Source: Spirochaetales bacterium
GTDB taxonomy: Bacteria > Bacillota > Clostridia > Christensenellales > UBA1242
NCBI GenBank assembly: GCA_050178795.1
Contig: JBFXFT010000004.1
Span: 25,630-89,629, forward strand
Direction of reading: 5' to 3'
DNA: 64,000 nucleotides
Within the stretch, counting starts at the first letter, position 1; every line of letters begins with the position of its first letter. The position numbers and the translations under genes were made by a program. The notes under the pieces are model-generated. The model was not told the origin of the DNA. It saw nothing but the letters and a program-made list of their open reading frames with translations, and did no database searches. This document shows positions 18,108 through 29,200 of this stretch, in pieces.

Positions 18108-18276
18108 AGCACCATATTTTTTTAATATGCAAATTTGTTCCAAAATTGCATAGTTATAATATCATAACTATTTTATTTTTGGTCACATAATAATATTTTT
18201 TTTACTCTGTATTGTTGACATACGCTTAAGTTTGGAATATAATATTTTTAATTAAATGTCAACAGGAGAAAAGAAT

Positions 18277-18507
18277 ATGTCATTGTTATTGGTAACCAGT
18301 TTGATTGATAGATTGACACAAACAAACGTAATTTTGGGTATTGCCCTTGCTATAATTGGCTTAACTTTTAGTTTAATTGCAACCAGGTTTGCAAGAATGG
18401 TTAGAAAAACCTCTCACGTTGACCCTAACGATAAGGTTATTATAGGCATGAAGTCTTTTGGGCTTATTCTAATTTTAATTGCCTTAATAGTCATTGTAAT
18501 AGAATAA
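18277..18507 (+). CDS. hypothetical small membrane protein
   Basis: GGAG 8 nt before ATG 18277; two predicted TM helices; no family recognised. Confidence 0.5.
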   Translation: MSLLLVTSLIDRLTQTNVILGIALAIIGLTFSLIATRFARMVRKTSHVDPNDKVIIGMKSFGLILILIALIVIVIE

Positions 18508-18514
18508 AAAAGTT

Positions 18515-18537
18515 AACTGGCATAAGCCAGTTTTTTT
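18515..18537 (+). terminator. intrinsic terminator
   Basis: aactggc-ataa-gccagtt followed by ttttt. Confidence 0.75.
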
Positions 18538-18551
18538 AAGTAGTTAAATAT

Positions 18552-18580
18552 AAAAAACCTCACTATCAAGTGAGGCTTTT
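18552..18580 (-). terminator. intrinsic terminator of the minus-strand DUF4364 gene
   Basis: cctcac/gtgagg stem; T-run on the minus strand. Confidence 0.65.
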
Positions 18581-18581
18581 A

Positions 18582-19115
18582 TTAATCTGTAAGTATTTCG
18601 TTTATATTTTCGTATATGCTTGGGGCTTTTTCCTTCCATTTTTTAACGGCTACAATGGCTGCGTACCTTGTAGGCAGTTTAATTTGTATCTCAAATAGGT
18701 TTTGGCTTTCAAGTGGGTCTTTTATCCTTAAAACTGCGGTGTGTGAACCATCTGTATTTTTAAAGTAGTCCCCAACGTATTCTTGTGCTCTTTTAAATTG
18801 CATACGGTTGTTTTTTGCAAAGGCTGTAATTGCTTCACGCATTGAAGACGGTATTCTTAAAAAGAAGTGTGAAAGGCAGTTCCTGCCCTCGTAAGTTATG
18901 TTATAACGGCTCTCGGTGCCATTGTCTATTGTCTTGTAGACAAAACCAACTTCCATTAATTGCCACAAAACATCTTTGCAGTCCATATAATTTAGCCAGT
19001 TATTGCGGCTTGTTACAATGTCCACAATAGAGTTTTCTGTTAGTGGAATTTCCATTTTATCTAACACAAACAGCAGTATTAACTTATTTACGGTGGAGTC
19101 AGCGACAAATTCCAA
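18582..19115 (-). CDS. DUF4364-family protein
   Basis: NKLILLFVLDKMEIPLTENSIVDIV...WLNYMDCKDVLWQLMEVGFV resembles the winged-helix-like N-terminus of Clostridial DUF4364 proteins (from memory). Confidence 0.55.
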   Translation of the reverse strand: MEFVADSTVNKLILLFVLDKMEIPLTENSIVDIVTSRNNWLNYMDCKDVLWQLMEVGFVYKTIDNGTESRYNITYEGRNCLSHFFLRIPSSMREAITAFAKNNRMQFKRAQEYVGDYFKNTDGSHTAVLRIKDPLESQNLFEIQIKLPTRYAAIVAVKKWKEKAPSIYENINEILTD

Positions 19116-19301
19116 AATGTTTACCTCTTTAGTTAAATTCGCATAAATTATAACATAAACACTACATCAAAGTAAATAATTTTTAGAATAACGCGCTAAA
19201 TTTATAAATAAACATAACTGCATAATTTATATTAAAAGAGTTTTGAAAAAATACAATATATGCTATAATACTATATAGTTTTTAGTGTGTTGGGGGAATA
19301 T

Positions 19302-20114
19302 ATGGAAAATAATTTAAACGCACAACAGTTGACACTGGTTGCCGATTTTATTAGCAGTATGAACAACTTAATAAACGGCAAGTTTATTTTGGCAGATGTA
19401 AAAATTGCCGAAGTACTAAAAAAAATTGAAGATAGCGAAGCACTTTTTAGGTTTGTTTCTGAGAGCCTAATTAATTTTAGTTTTGAAAAGGAATTAAGAA
19501 AGGCAGAAATAAAAAACAGGTTTAACGGTGGGGTGTTTAAACTTCCTAACGAGTCTCATTTAATAGTGGCACTTGTATTTTGTTTACTTGTTGAGTTTGA
19601 CGCTAAACGCATTGATTTTTATGACTTTATTAAAGAAAACTTCCCTACGCTAGACAATAAGGGCGACCAAAAAGCCTTTTCTGAGACTATTTTGGTACCA
19701 TTTAGAGACATTATTGCAAGGTTCTTTGGTTTAAGCAAGGAAGACAATGAGGCACTTATAAAGGAACTAAAAGCAGAAATTGTTAAAGAACAACAAGAGG
19801 AAGAAAGACAACAAGAAATTTTAGAGGTTGAAAAGACAAGGGAAGACACTTTGTTTGAAAACATTACCCAAATTGAGCAAAATATACTTCAAATTGTTGA
19901 AGACGATATAAAAATTAAAGAGGGAGTAAGGGAAGACCTAATATTTATATTAAAGGCAATGATTTACTCCAACAAATATCAAGACTTAAAAATTGTTAAC
20001 GCACTTCTTGTAAGTTTTGAGTCTATGAGCCATAAAATTGCTTCAATAAAGTTTGTATATAGCGAGTTAAAACAAATTTTGCTTGATTACTATAGAGAGA
20101 GCATGGAAAACTAA
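19302..20114 (+). CDS. hypothetical protein
   Basis: GGGGGAA SD before ATG 19302, TGcTATAAT promoter at 19261-19269; helical, central E/Q-rich segment; no family recognised. Confidence 0.6.
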   Translation: MENNLNAQQLTLVADFISSMNNLINGKFILADVKIAEVLKKIEDSEALFRFVSESLINFSFEKELRKAEIKNRFNGGVFKLPNESHLIVALVFCLLVEFDAKRIDFYDFIKENFPTLDNKGDQKAFSETILVPFRDIIARFFGLSKEDNEALIKELKAEIVKEQQEEERQQEILEVEKTREDTLFENITQIEQNILQIVEDDIKIKEGVREDLIFILKAMIYSNKYQDLKIVNALLVSFESMSHKIASIKFVYSELKQILLDYYRESMEN

Positions 20115-20125
20115 TTATAAAAAAT

Positions 20126-20153
20126 AAAAACAGCCAAACGGCTGTTTTTTTTT
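20126..20153. terminator. bidirectional terminator between convergent genes
   Basis: cagcc-aaac-ggctg flanked by an A-run and a T-run. Confidence 0.7.
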
Positions 20154-20156
20154 GTA

Positions 20157-21404
20157 TTATTTTACTTTTATTAATTTTGTGTAAATGTCCTTTGCTGGCA
20201 ATAGGTTTTTATTTAACAGCAAGTTATATACGGCATTGCTGTTGTCTTCAATTTGCATAAGTTCCTTTACATATTTTGTCTTTTTTAGGTTGTCTACATC
20301 GTTTTTTCTTAAAATTAATTTTGAACTGCACTTCAAATTTGAAAGTAGTTCCTTGTTATTTTCGTTTATTGCTAGCGCTTTAATAAACGGCAATTTTTCT
20401 ATTTTATATACGTGTTTTATTACCTCGTTATGTATGTTTAAAACACCATTTAAAAGTATGCTATTTATCCTGCTATTTTTGTATCGTTTTGTGTGTACTT
20501 GTTCTTTAAATTCGGCACTTGTAGCGCTTTTTATTGCAACTATCTTTATGCGGTTTTCAAGACCTTCGCTCACGTTATAAAGCGTCTTTAATTCATTAGT
20601 ATTTGTAGTCAAAAATTTGTAGCGCGCTAGGTCAATTAATTTGTTTTCATCTACTAAACCGTGCTCTTTTACATAGTTTTCTAGCGCTTCAAAACTTGGT
20701 TTAGGTAGAGCCGCCTTAACTTTTAAAATTTCGCCGTTATAGACGCTTTTTCTTATTGCTGTAGCGCTTGAAAAGGTGCCCTCAAATTTTTCTTCATTAT
20801 AGTCGCTGCCAAGCCTTTGAACTAGAACAGGTTTAATGTTACTGTTAATGGTCTTTAAAGCCTTTACGTATTCAACTGCCAAAATGTTGTTTGGCTTAGT
20901 AAGTAGGTTTATTACAGCCTCTTTATTTTTTAATGTTACTTTGTTTTCGGCAATAAGTTTTTTAACCGTTTGAATTCTACTCTCGCTAAAAGATAAGCCA
21001 GAATCCAAATAGTTTTTTAATAGTATTTTATAGTCTGTTGTTTCGTTTAGTAAAAACTCTGCCGTCTCATTTAACGCGTTTAAATTTGGCTCTTCCATGC
21101 CAAAACTTATCCATTCAACATCTTTAAAGGCGCTAGCAATTTTGACGCTCGCTAGTGCAAAAACCTCTGCATTGTTTGACGCATAAGGGGCGGGTATGTT
21201 TACAACTAGGTCTGCGCCACACTCTATTGCTACTTTTGCCCTTTCGTACTTATCCATAATTGCGCACTCTGCACGCTGAGAAAAATTGCCACTCATAATA
21301 CATATTATTCCGTCGCAATTTGTAAGTTCACGCGTTTTATTAATTTGATATAAGTGCCCGTTGTGAAAAGGGTTATATTCACACACTATTACGGCTAGTT
21401 TCAT
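20157..21404 (-). CDS. tmcAL: tRNA(Met) cytidine acetate ligase (TmcAL / YlbM, UPF0348)
   Basis: CEYNPFHNGHLYQI HxGH nucleotidyltransferase motif; 415 aa. Confidence 0.8.
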   Translation of the reverse strand: MKLAVIVCEYNPFHNGHLYQINKTRELTNCDGIICIMSGNFSQRAECAIMDKYERAKVAIECGADLVVNIPAPYASNNAEVFALASVKIASAFKDVEWISFGMEEPNLNALNETAEFLLNETTDYKILLKNYLDSGLSFSESRIQTVKKLIAENKVTLKNKEAVINLLTKPNNILAVEYVKALKTINSNIKPVLVQRLGSDYNEEKFEGTFSSATAIRKSVYNGEILKVKAALPKPSFEALENYVKEHGLVDENKLIDLARYKFLTTNTNELKTLYNVSEGLENRIKIVAIKSATSAEFKEQVHTKRYKNSRINSILLNGVLNIHNEVIKHVYKIEKLPFIKALAINENNKELLSNLKCSSKLILRKNDVDNLKKTKYVKELMQIEDNSNAVYNLLLNKNLLPAKDIYTKLIKVK

Positions 21405-21530
21405 ATTCTTTGTCCTTTAATTAGTTTACAAAAATCGTCTTTTGGTGTAACATTAACTTGTTAATATTCTTATTATATATTAAATACGTTTTTTTAACAA
21501 ATGGTTTTTAAGGAGTAAAAATAGGTAAAT

Positions 21531-22769
21531 ATGTTTGATTTTGTTTTTAGAAATAAATTAGAGAGAAAACTGCTAAAAAAAGCACAAAATGTGCAAATGA
21601 CAATAGCCCTTCCAGAGGCTAGTTTTAGTGGGATAATAATAGAGGCAGCGGAGTACTGCGTTAAGACAGAACTTGCCAAAGTAGTGCTAATTGGTAGCGA
21701 ACAAAAAATTAAAAACACCTATTTACAAGCCAATTTTGAGGGCATAACCTTTATAGACCCAGAGACTTACGAAAAGACATCTGAATTAGCACATAAGTTG
21801 TACGAAATAAGAAAAGAAAAGGGTCTACTTTTAAAAGAGGCTCAAAAGTTGATTCACGACCCAATTTATTTTGCAACTATGTTACTTAACGAAGGTGTGG
21901 TTGACGGTGTTGTAGGCGGTGCTGCAACTAGTACTGCAAATATGCTAAGACCAGCGCTTCAAATTATTAAAGGCGAAGATGGTATAAAAACAATCTCGTC
22001 AAGTTTTATTATGATCAACAAAAGTAGGCACAATATAGGAGATAAAGGGGTAGTCGTTTTAGGTGACTGTGCTGTAAACGTTGACCCAACGGCAGAGCAA
22101 CTTTCCGATATAGGCTTAGCGACCATAAATACTGCAACAAAAATTGCTGGACTAGAACCTAGGGTTGCTATGCTTTCATACTCTACTCACGGCAGTGGAA
22201 GCGGCGAAAGTGTAGATAAAGTGGTTAAGGCAACAAAACTATTAAAAGAAAAAGCGCCAGACACAGTGATTGAAGGCGAACTTCAAGCAGATAGCGCACT
22301 AAGTCTTCGCGTGGCTAGAGTAAAATGCAGGAACAACTCTTGGAAGGGAGATGCTAATGTACTTATATTCCCAGAGTTAAATAGCGGAAACATTGGTTAC
22401 AAATTATTAAAGTTTGGCGGAAATTTTAGGGCTATTGGACCTATTATGCAAGGCTTTAGAAAACCAGTTAATGACTTAAGCCGCGGCGCAACGCTAAAAG
22501 AAATTGTTTTGACAATTGCAATTACCTGTATTCAAGCAAACAAACTTGACGAAAAGGAACAAGCAATAAGAAGAGAGCAAGAAAAGGTAGCAAAAGCACT
22601 TGCAAAAAAAGAGTTAAAAGAGCAAAAGAAACAAGAAAAACTTTTGGCAAAACAACCTAAAAATGAAGTAGAGGTAAAGGAAGAGGAAAAAGTGGTTACA
22701 AAACCTGAGCCAGTTGCAAAAGTGGCACCTGCTACAAAAAAAGAGGAAGAAAAAGAAATTACTAAATAA
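21531..22769 (+). CDS. pta: phosphate acetyltransferase with K/E-rich C-terminal extension
   Basis: PTA_PTB body (GDCAVNVDP, SYSTHGSG, NDLSRGA) of about 330 aa, plus an ~80-aa charged tail; followed by ackA. Confidence 0.9.
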   Translation: MFDFVFRNKLERKLLKKAQNVQMTIALPEASFSGIIIEAAEYCVKTELAKVVLIGSEQKIKNTYLQANFEGITFIDPETYEKTSELAHKLYEIRKEKGLLLKEAQKLIHDPIYFATMLLNEGVVDGVVGGAATSTANMLRPALQIIKGEDGIKTISSSFIMINKSRHNIGDKGVVVLGDCAVNVDPTAEQLSDIGLATINTATKIAGLEPRVAMLSYSTHGSGSGESVDKVVKATKLLKEKAPDTVIEGELQADSALSLRVARVKCRNNSWKGDANVLIFPELNSGNIGYKLLKFGGNFRAIGPIMQGFRKPVNDLSRGATLKEIVLTIAITCIQANKLDEKEQAIRREQEKVAKALAKKELKEQKKQEKLLAKQPKNEVEVKEEEKVVTKPEPVAKVAPATKKEEEKEITK

Positions 22770-22779
22770 GGGAGACAAA

Positions 22780-23979
22780 ATGAAAATACTAGTTATAAAT
22801 TCAGGAAGTTCAAGTTTAAAGTATCAATTAATTGATATGGATAACGAAAAAGTTTTATGCAAAGGTGCAGTGGAAAGAATAGGTTTGGACGGCAGTTTTT
22901 TAAAGCATAAGTATGCCGACAAAGAAGTGCAAATAGACGCAACAATTTTGGACCACAAAAAGGCAATTTCGCTAGTTTTTGAGACGATTACCAATAAAGA
23001 ATACGGAGTTATAAAAAGCCTAGACGAAATAGGCGCAGTGGGACATAGAATAGTCCACGGTGCCGAAGACTACAAAAAATCAGTTTTAATTACTGACGAT
23101 GTTTTAAAAGTATTAAAAGGCAATATAGCACTTGCACCACTTCACATGCCAGCAAATATTATGGGCGTTGAAGCGGTTAGGCAAATTGCTCCAAATATGC
23201 CAAATGTGGCAGTTTTTGACACGGCTTTTCACGCAAATATGCCAAATTATGCGTTTATGTATGCACTACCTCAAAAGGCGTACAAAGACTTTAAAATAAG
23301 GAGATACGGTTTTCACGGTACATCTCACTATTATGTTTCACATAGGCTTGCAGCACTAGAAAATAAGGACATTAAAGACCTAAAAATAATTACTTGCCAT
23401 TTAGGCAATGGTTCAAGCATAGCGGCTGTAGACGGCGGAATAAGCGTAGATACTACAATGGGCTTTACACCACTTGAAGGACTAATGATGGGGACAAGGA
23501 GTGGCGATGTTGACCCTGCAATACACGAATATTTAATGGAAAAGACTGGTTGGGACATTAAAAAAGTTAACAACTACCTAAATAAAGAGAGTGGACTTTT
23601 AGGCATAAGTGGAGTAAGTAGCGATATGAGAGACTTACTTGAAGCCGCAAAGACAAATAAAGACGCACAACTAGCCTTGCAAATGCTAGCGTACAGAATT
23701 AAAAAATACATAGGCTCTTACGCTGCCGTTATGGGCGGAGTGGACGCAGTTGTATTTACTGGCGGAATTGGTGAATATACGCAATCAATAAGGGCGGACG
23801 CTCTATCTAATTTAGAGTTTTTTGGAATTGAACTTGACCCTTATAAAAATGATAATGCTCCAAGAGGTAAAGAGTACAAAATAAGTAAAGACACGAGCAG
23901 AGTTGCCGTTTACATTATTCCTACAAACGAGGAATTAGTGATAGCACAGGACACTCTAAAAATAGTAACTAAAAATTAG
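22780..23979 (+). CDS. ackA: acetate kinase
   Basis: MKILVINSGSSSLKY at ATG 22780 (GGGAGA SD), FHGTSH, TCHLGNGSS. The ORF-track start 22714 is an upstream in-frame extension inside pta. Confidence 0.95.
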   Translation: MKILVINSGSSSLKYQLIDMDNEKVLCKGAVERIGLDGSFLKHKYADKEVQIDATILDHKKAISLVFETITNKEYGVIKSLDEIGAVGHRIVHGAEDYKKSVLITDDVLKVLKGNIALAPLHMPANIMGVEAVRQIAPNMPNVAVFDTAFHANMPNYAFMYALPQKAYKDFKIRRYGFHGTSHYYVSHRLAALENKDIKDLKIITCHLGNGSSIAAVDGGISVDTTMGFTPLEGLMMGTRSGDVDPAIHEYLMEKTGWDIKKVNNYLNKESGLLGISGVSSDMRDLLEAAKTNKDAQLALQMLAYRIKKYIGSYAAVMGGVDAVVFTGGIGEYTQSIRADALSNLEFFGIELDPYKNDNAPRGKEYKISKDTSRVAVYIIPTNEELVIAQDTLKIVTKN

Positions 23980-23999
23980 AAATATTTTAAATTATCAAG

Positions 24000-24028
24000 T
24001 TGACAAGGTAGTATTTTTAATATATAAT
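24000..24028 (+). promoter_or_regulatory. consensus sigma-A promoter for rpmF-plsX
   Basis: TTGACA, 17 nt, TATAAT. Confidence 0.7.
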
Positions 24029-24070
24029 GTAACAGCAAAACTTTAAAATTAACTAGGAGGTGCATATAGT

Positions 24071-24268
24071 ATGGCAGTACCAAAAACTAAAGTTTCAAAA
24101 GCAAAACGTGATTCAAGAAAGGCTAACTGGAAAGTTTCAACACCTTCTCTAGTTGAATGTTCTAATTGCCACGAAATGATTAAACAACACCAAGTTTGTC
24201 CAAAGTGTGGCTATTATAAAGGCGAAAAGAAAATTACTTTAAAAAGCGATAAAGAAACAAAAAACTAA
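24071..24268 (+). CDS. rpmF: 50S ribosomal protein L32
   Basis: MAVPKTKVSKAKRDSR, CxxC...CxxC zinc knuckle. Confidence 0.9.
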   Translation: MAVPKTKVSKAKRDSRKANWKVSTPSLVECSNCHEMIKQHQVCPKCGYYKGEKKITLKSDKETKN

Positions 24269-24290
24269 CGAGCGAATGCTCGTTTTTGTT
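24267..24290 (+). terminator. hairpin and T-run after rpmF (possible partial terminator)
   Basis: aacgagc-gaat-gctcgtt followed by ttttt. Confidence 0.6.
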
Positions 24291-24346
24291 TTATTTGTGG
24301 CTTTTTTTTGCTATAATTACTCTATCAAAAATATAAAGGTAACAAT

Positions 24347-25390
24347 ATGGACGAAAATAAAAACTTAACTGCGATAGTAATTGACGCTTATGGTGGGGAC
24401 AACGCCCCTTATGAAATTGTAAAAGGTGCAGTTTTATCGGTTAATGAATATAAAGACATTAAACTTATTTTAAGTGGTAAAGAGGCAGAGATTAAAAATA
24501 TTTTGTCTCAGTTTAAGTTTGACGAAAATAGAATTGAAGTTATAAACGCTTCCGATGTAATAACAAACGACGAAGTGCCAACGGTAGCCATTCGCACAAA
24601 AAAGGACTCGTCCTTGGTGGTGGCACTAGACAGGTTAAAAGCGGACGAAAATGTTAGCGCTTTAATTTCTGCTGGAAGTACTGGTGCAGTTTTGACTGGT
24701 GGCTTTTTAAAAATCGGCAGGATGAAGGGCATAAGTCGCCCAGCCTTAGCGCCAGTTTTGCCTACAATAATAGACGGTAAAAATGTAGTGCTTATTGACT
24801 GTGGTGCCAATATGGACTCTAAGCCAATTAACCTAGCACACTTTGCAATTATGGGCAGTTTGTACGCGGAGACAATGTTTAACATTAAAAGCCCACGCGT
24901 GGCACTTTTAAGCGTAGGGGTAGAGGACGAAAAGGGCAACGAACTAGTTAAAGAGAGTTTTAAACTTTTAGAAAAATTGCCTATAAATTTTGTTGGAAAT
25001 ATGGAAGCGAGGGACACTTTGAGCGGCGACTATGACGTAATAGTGGCAGACGGCTTTGCTGGCAATGTTTTGTTGAAGAGCACAGAGGGTGCAGTTGCCA
25101 ATATGTTTAAAATTGTAAAGGCACAAATAAAGAGCAGAAAGATGAGTATGTTTGGTGCTTTATTTATGCGAAAGACCTTTAAAAATTTAAAGAGCAATTT
25201 GGACTATTCCAATAAGGGTGGTTCACCATTTTTGGGAGCTAAAAAACTCATTATTAAAAGCCACGGCAGTAGCAGTGCAATAACAATTAAAAGTTGTGTA
25301 AAACAAGCACTAGACCTACACACAAACAAGATGTTTGAAAAGTTAGAGGCAGAACTGGAAAAAATTAACTTAGATTTAGATGTGGAGTAA
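24347..25390 (+). CDS. plsX: phosphate acyltransferase PlsX
   Basis: DAYGGDNAP N-terminal motif, 347 aa, rpmF-plsX synteny. Confidence 0.9.
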   Translation: MDENKNLTAIVIDAYGGDNAPYEIVKGAVLSVNEYKDIKLILSGKEAEIKNILSQFKFDENRIEVINASDVITNDEVPTVAIRTKKDSSLVVALDRLKADENVSALISAGSTGAVLTGGFLKIGRMKGISRPALAPVLPTIIDGKNVVLIDCGANMDSKPINLAHFAIMGSLYAETMFNIKSPRVALLSVGVEDEKGNELVKESFKLLEKLPINFVGNMEARDTLSGDYDVIVADGFAGNVLLKSTEGAVANMFKIVKAQIKSRKMSMFGALFMRKTFKNLKSNLDYSNKGGSPFLGAKKLIIKSHGSSSAITIKSCVKQALDLHTNKMFEKLEAELEKINLDLDVE

Positions 25391-25392
25391 TT

Positions 25393-26073
25393 ATGTTAAA
25401 TAAAACTCAAATAAGCGAAATAGAAAAAAAGTTGAATTACTCATTTAAAAATAAGGAACTATTGAGTACGGCTTTTACGCACTCTTCTTACGGACATTTA
25501 ATGAACGAGGCGCATAATGAGCGCTTAGAGTTTTTGGGAGACAGCGTTTTGCAACTTTGCGTAACAAAGTATTTATACACTCATTTTGACCTAGAAGAAG
25601 GCGCTTTAAGTAAAATTAGGTCCTTTATTGTAAGCACTAAAAACCTATCTAAGGCAGTTAACGACTTAGACTTTATAAGTTTTTTGCAATACGCACAAAG
25701 TGGCAACAAAGTTATGTCAAACGCTATAAAAGCAGACTTATTTGAGGCGGTTCTCGGTGCAATTTATTTAGATAGTAATTTTGAAACCACCTACAATTTT
25801 GTCGTTCAAAAATTAAAATTTACAAAAGAGTTGTTTGCTGACTTAATGCAAGACGCAAAAGACTATAAAACGACTTTGCAAGAGTTAATTCAAACCAAAA
25901 AAGACAATGTATTGGAGTACAGAATAATAAAAAAAGAGGGCCCTGCGCACTTGCCTAAATTTACCGCACAAGTGCTAATTAATGGCACGGTTTTAGGAGA
26001 GGCAGAAGGTAGGAGCAAAAAGGAAGCAGAAAATATTTGTGCCAGCATTGCAATAAAAAAACTTGATTTATAA
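25393..26073 (+). CDS. rnc: ribonuclease III
   Basis: ERLEFLGDSVL signature, C-terminal dsRBD. Confidence 0.95.
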   Translation: MLNKTQISEIEKKLNYSFKNKELLSTAFTHSSYGHLMNEAHNERLEFLGDSVLQLCVTKYLYTHFDLEEGALSKIRSFIVSTKNLSKAVNDLDFISFLQYAQSGNKVMSNAIKADLFEAVLGAIYLDSNFETTYNFVVQKLKFTKELFADLMQDAKDYKTTLQELIQTKKDNVLEYRIIKKEGPAHLPKFTAQVLINGTVLGEAEGRSKKEAENICASIAIKKLDL

Positions 26074-26114
26074 AAATATTATTAATCTTTCAATTTTGGA
26101 CACTAATAATTAAT

Positions 26115-26140
26115 AAAATAGGGCAAAAAACCTATTTTTT
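26115..26140 (+). terminator. intrinsic terminator after rnc
   Basis: aatagg/cctatt stem followed by tttttt. Confidence 0.55.
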
Positions 26141-26224
26141 ATTGTGTTTACATTGAAATTTTATTGGCTTTATGCTATACTTTTATAGTATGTTGCAAAC
26201 AAAATAATACAAGAGGTATTTACT

Positions 26225-29200
26225 TTGAATTTTAAGAGAATTGAACTTATAGGCTTTAAGAGTTTTGCTGATAAAACTAAGGTAGACTTTGACGATGGAA
26301 TAACCGCCATAGTAGGTCCTAACGGTTGTGGTAAGAGCAATGTTGCAGACGCAATTAGATGGGTACTTGGCGAGCAACGCACAAAACTTTTGCGTGGTAA
26401 CAGCATGCAAGACGTAATTTTTGCTGGAACAACCGAGCGTAAAAGCCTTAGTTATTGCGAAGTTTCTTTGGTTTTTGACAATTCGGACCGTATTTTTGAT
26501 ACTGACTATGACGAAGTAATAATATCTCGTAAACTTTATCGCTCAGGTGAGAGTGATTACTCTATAAATAAAACTTCTTGTAGGCTAAAAGACATTACAA
26601 ATTTACTTTATAACTCTGGCATAGGTAGGGACGGATACTCTATTATAGGTCAAGGTAAAGTAGAAGAAATATTAAACTCTAAACCTGAAAACAGGCGCGC
26701 CATTTTTGAGGACGCGGCTGGTATTTCTGGCTTTAAAGCAAAAAAGGTGGAGTCAGAGCGCAAACTTGAAAGAACAAGGGACAATTTGACTAGGCTAAGA
26801 GACATTATAGGGGAAATTGAGCGCCAATTAAAACCTATGAAAAGCCAAGCCGAAACGGCAAAAAAGTTTTTAATTTTAAAAGAGCAATTAAAGCACTTAG
26901 AGTTAAACAACTATATTTATCAATATGATTCTGCTAGTGACCAAAAGAAGGAAATTGGCACAAAAATAGATGGTTATACGGAAGATATAGCGCAAAAAGA
27001 AGAGGATTTACAAAACATTTTAATAAATTCTCACCAAAATTTTGAAGATATTAAAGATATTGACAAAACAACCCAACAATTAAATAACGAACTACTTGAA
27101 CTAACAGTAAGTTTGGAAAAACATTCTGGCGACACCAAAGTTTTACAAGAAAAGGTAAATTATTTAAAATATTTGACTGAAAGGGTAGAGGGCATAAACG
27201 CCAAACTTGAAAGCGAGCAATTAAAGCATGTAGAAAACGAAAAAGCAGGAAGTAGTCAAAGTCAAGTTTTAAACTCTTTACGCGTAGAGAGCGGTGCATT
27301 AGAGCAAAAATTAAATGTTTTAACTGAGGAATACAACTCTACAACAAACGCTGTCAACAAATTAAATGAAAATTACATAACGACTAAGAGCGCTTTAAAC
27401 AACACAGAAAACCGCAGTCGTATGCTTAAAGAAATGCAAAGGGAATTTGAAGGCTTTGCTGGCAGTGTTAAGTTAACTTTAAAGGCAAGCGAGCAAAATG
27501 ACGCCTTAAAAAAGAGGATTGTTGGCGTAGTTGCCAATTTAATTTCTGTGCCTGAAAAATTTGTGACCGCCGTTGAAATGGCACTAGGTAATGCCGTTCA
27601 AAACATAGTTACAGAGGACGAGGACGACGCAAAATACATAATAAACTTCCTTAAAGAAAAGCGTTACGGAAGGGCAACTTTCCTACCTATGACGGCAATT
27701 AAACCTAGGTACATAAGCGACAGTGCAAAGGACTTTTTAAAAAGCAAAGGTTGTTTTGGTATTGCGTCTGACCTAATTAGTTATGACGACAAATTAGACA
27801 ACATTTTTAAGGGTTTACTTGGTGCAACCGTCATAGTTGACACTTTGCAAACGGCAATAAATATGGCAAAGGAAAGCCGTTACAGTTTTAAAATTGTAAC
27901 CTTAGAGGGCGATGTAATAAACCCACAAGGCTCTATTACAGGCGGTAGCCAAAAGAACGATATTGCAAACCTAGTAGGAAGAGATAGGGAAATTGAAAAC
28001 CTTTCAGTTCAATATGAAAAACTAGAAAAAGAACTTGAAACAATTATAGAGACAAGAAGAACTTTGTCAGAAAAATCTGTTGTTTTAAGTAATGACTTAA
28101 AAGAACTAACAAACAAGTTTAACGGCGTTCAAGTACTACTTGCTCAACAACAAGAAAAGTTTGAAAGACTAGACTTTTTAACTACCAGTGCAAGTGATGA
28201 GATTAGTGCGTTAATAAACGAAAAGGCAAATACTGAGGCTAGCATAAAATCGGTAGAAAAAGAGATAAAACTTGGTCAAAAGTTTGACCCTTTAGAGGCG
28301 GACAGTTTAACGCTTGCAAATCGTTTAGTTGAAAGCAATTTAAGTGCAGACGCAATGAAAGACGTCAAAGAAAAAATAGCCATAATTAGAGGAAAACTAG
28401 ACAACTTAGACGCACATAAAGTTGAACTTCAAAACAGTCAAAATGTGCTTGAAGAAAATAGAACCAGCGTTCAAAACGAACTAAATTTACTTCAAAACAA
28501 AAAGTATAGGGAAGAACTTAACCTAGCAAAGGTTGATACCGACATAGAAAATATGCAAGAGCGCATTTGGGAAGAGTATGAGTTAACTTATACCTCTGCG
28601 CTACCATATAAGGCTGAGGAATATGACCTAAAGCAAGGTTTAATTGACTACAACACAACAAGGCGTGACATTGACAAACTTGGCTATGTAAACGTAAACG
28701 CCATTGAAGATTGTAAAGTACTAGAAGAAAGGTACGATATTTTAAGCGCCGAGGCAAATGACTTAATAAAAGCAGAGCAAGACTTAACCAAAATAATAAA
28801 AGAGTTAAGCGCAGAGATGCTTGAAAGGTTTAATACCGAGTTTGAAAAAATAAACAACAACTTTATGAAGGTGTTTAGAGAACTATTTGGCGGTGGAAAC
28901 GCAAAACTTGTGCTTACAGAGCCAGATGAAACAGGCGACTTGTTGACGCAAGGCATAGACATTATTGCAGAGCCCCCTGGAAAGAAACTTCAAAACATTA
29001 CGCTACTTAGCGGTGGTGAAAAGGCTTTAACTGCCATTGCAATACTATTTGCAATATTGAAGTTAAGACCTATGCCATTCTGTCTACTTGACGAGATAGA
29101 GGCTGCACTTGATGACGCTAACGTTGGCAGATTTGCAAAATATTTACATAAATTTAGCAACGAAACCCAATTTATTGTAATTACTCACCGTAAACCTACA

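Noticed and set aside
22714-22779. ORF-track N-terminal extensions: ackA 22714, hslU 44408, trmFO 42577, comM 37793, rbgA 34172, hisS 46006, uppS 54412, cdsA 55136, ruvX 50706, 19287, 18256, 54192
   Set aside because: The extensions overlap the preceding gene or lack an SD. In each case an internal ATG with a well-spaced GGAG-type SD coincides with the conserved family N-terminus.
24508-25017. 169-aa minus-strand ORF inside plsX. The same applies to 6286-6669 (ybeY), 20185-20580 (tmcAL), 7156-7830 (era), 34357-34743 (rbgA), 39535-39864 (dprA) and 62681-63307 (infB).
   Set aside because: All are antisense to confidently identified genes, lack SD sequences, and have no recognisable motifs.
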